Positions 36,452-37,373 of a stretch of 37,373 nucleotides of DNA are shown here, one piece after another. The first letter of the stretch is position 1, and every line of letters starts with the position of its first letter. The notes beneath the pieces were generated by a model that was not told the origin of the DNA, made no database searches, and saw nothing but the letters and a program-made list of their open reading frames with translations. The stretch spans positions 1 through 37,373 of the forward strand of contig JAYEHL010000184.1 of the NCBI GenBank assembly GCA_034659515.1, written 5' to 3'. The DNA is from Chloroflexota bacterium. GTDB taxonomy: Bacteria; Chloroflexota; Dehalococcoidia; E44-bin15. Position numbers and translations under genes: made by a program.

Positions 36452-37373
36452 ATGAACGACTATGATTATATTATCGTCGGCAGCGGCATTGCCGGGCTGT
36501 ATACCGCGCTCCTAGCCAAAAGCCAGGGCAGTGTTCTGGTGCTGACCAAGGGCGGCATCGACGAGTGCAATACCAAGCATGCGCAGGGAGGCATCGCCGC
36601 CGCCATAGGTGTGGGCGATTCCCCCGATTTGCATTATAACGATACTATCGCCGCCGGCGCAGGTCTTTGTAACGAGGAGGCGGTTCGCATCCTCGTCGAA
36701 GAGGGGCCGGACCGGATCGCCGATCTCGTTAATTTCGGGGTGCACTTCGATACTGTTGATGGAGAGGTTGCTCTTACCAGGGAGGCGGCGCATACGGTGT
36801 CGCGCATTTTGCATTCCGGCGGGGATGCCACGGGCGAGAATATCGAGGTGGCGTTGAGCCGCATGGCGCGGCTGGCCAACGTGGTCATATTGGAATATTG
36901 CCTGGTTACCGAGGTGCTGGTGGAAGATGGCGTGGCGAAGGGCGTCAGGGCGCTTGATATTCGTACCGGCAAGGCGCAGAAATTCAACTCCCGTGCCGTC
37001 ATTCTGGCTACGGGCGGCGGCGGGCAGCTTTTCAATTTCACTACAAATCCCGATATAGCTACATGCGACGGTATCGCGTTGGCCTATAACGCCGGGGCCG
37101 AGATCGTCGATATGGAGTTCTTTCAGTTCCACCCCACGGCTTTACGTCTGTCCGGAGTTGAGCCCTTCCTTATATCCGAAGCCGTCAGGGGCGAGGGGGG
37201 TATATTACGCAATGTGGAGGGCAGGCGGTTCATGTTCGATTACGCTTCTGAAGGGGAGCTGGCGCCCCGGGATGTGGTGGCGCGCAGTATAGTTGCCGAG
37301 ATAAAGAAAACGGGTAGCGATCATGTCTGTCTGGATGTTACACATATAAACCCGCTCAAAGTAACCGCTCGTT
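36452..37373 (+). CDS. nadB: L-aspartate oxidase, N-terminal ~307 codons (3' end outside window)
   Basis: Not in the ORF track because it runs off the window. Hand translation from ATG 36452 gives MNDYDYIIVGSGIAGLYTAL... (FAD GxGxxG), HAQGGIAAA, FFQFHPT and ISEAVRGEGGILRN. Follows nadA. Confidence 0.9.
   Translation, partial: MNDYDYIIVGSGIAGLYTALLAKSQGSVLVLTKGGIDECNTKHAQGGIAAAIGVGDSPDLHYNDTIAAGAGLCNEEAVRILVEEGPDRIADLVNFGVHFDTVDGEVALTREAAHTVSRILHSGGDATGENIEVALSRMARLANVVILEYCLVTEVLVEDGVAKGVRALDIRTGKAQKFNSRAVILATGGGGQLFNFTTNPDIATCDGIALAYNAGAEIVDMEFFQFHPTALRLSGVEPFLISEAVRGEGGILRNVEGRRFMFDYASEGELAPRDVVARSIVAEIKKTGSDHVCLDVTHINPLKVTAR

Overview
High-GC bacterial chromosomal segment. By gene content and order it is probably a Chloroflexota-like lineage, but this is inference and no database was searched. 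About 85% is densely packed housekeeping DNA. On the + strand: the atpG-atpD-atpC end of the ATP synthase operon, nfi, prfB with its programmed +1 frameshift, a MA-clan metallopeptidase, tRNA-Ser(GCU), miaB and nadA-nadB. On the - strand there is a long Bacillus-like array: rpsB-tsf-pyrH-frr-uppS-cdsA-dxr-rseP-ispG // proS-nusA-ylxR-infB-rbfA-truB, plus rpsP-KH-rimM and rex. Three parts are not ordinary. (1) A ~5.5 kb accessory insertion (about 19.24-24.72 kb) splits ispG from proS. Its base composition is mosaic, and modular hairpin repeats found nowhere else in the window separate its gene blocks. It carries an AT-rich 2-TM orphan protein, an orphan YqaJ-type exonuclease, a 725-aa fusion of a sucrose-phosphate-synthase-like GT4 glycosyltransferase to a uridine-kinase/PRK-like P-loop domain, a small Smr-domain protein and a small HEAT-repeat protein. 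(2) A co-directional ino1-PHP-pimA-like-CDP-alcohol-phosphatidyltransferase operon (7.47-11.21 kb) resembles an actinobacterial-type phosphatidylinositol/PIM pathway. Its embedded PHP phosphoesterase is a candidate for the phosphatase step. (3) A single-ORF IS element with nested inverted motifs sits exactly between the rpsB promoter and the tRNA-Ser promoter. Several real starts lie inside the supplied ORFs. Two small genes below the ORF-track cutoff were found by hand translation, as was the 5'-terminal part of nadB, which runs off the window end and is absent from the track. All functional calls rest on motifs I recognised by eye; nothing was searched or computed beyond hand counting.
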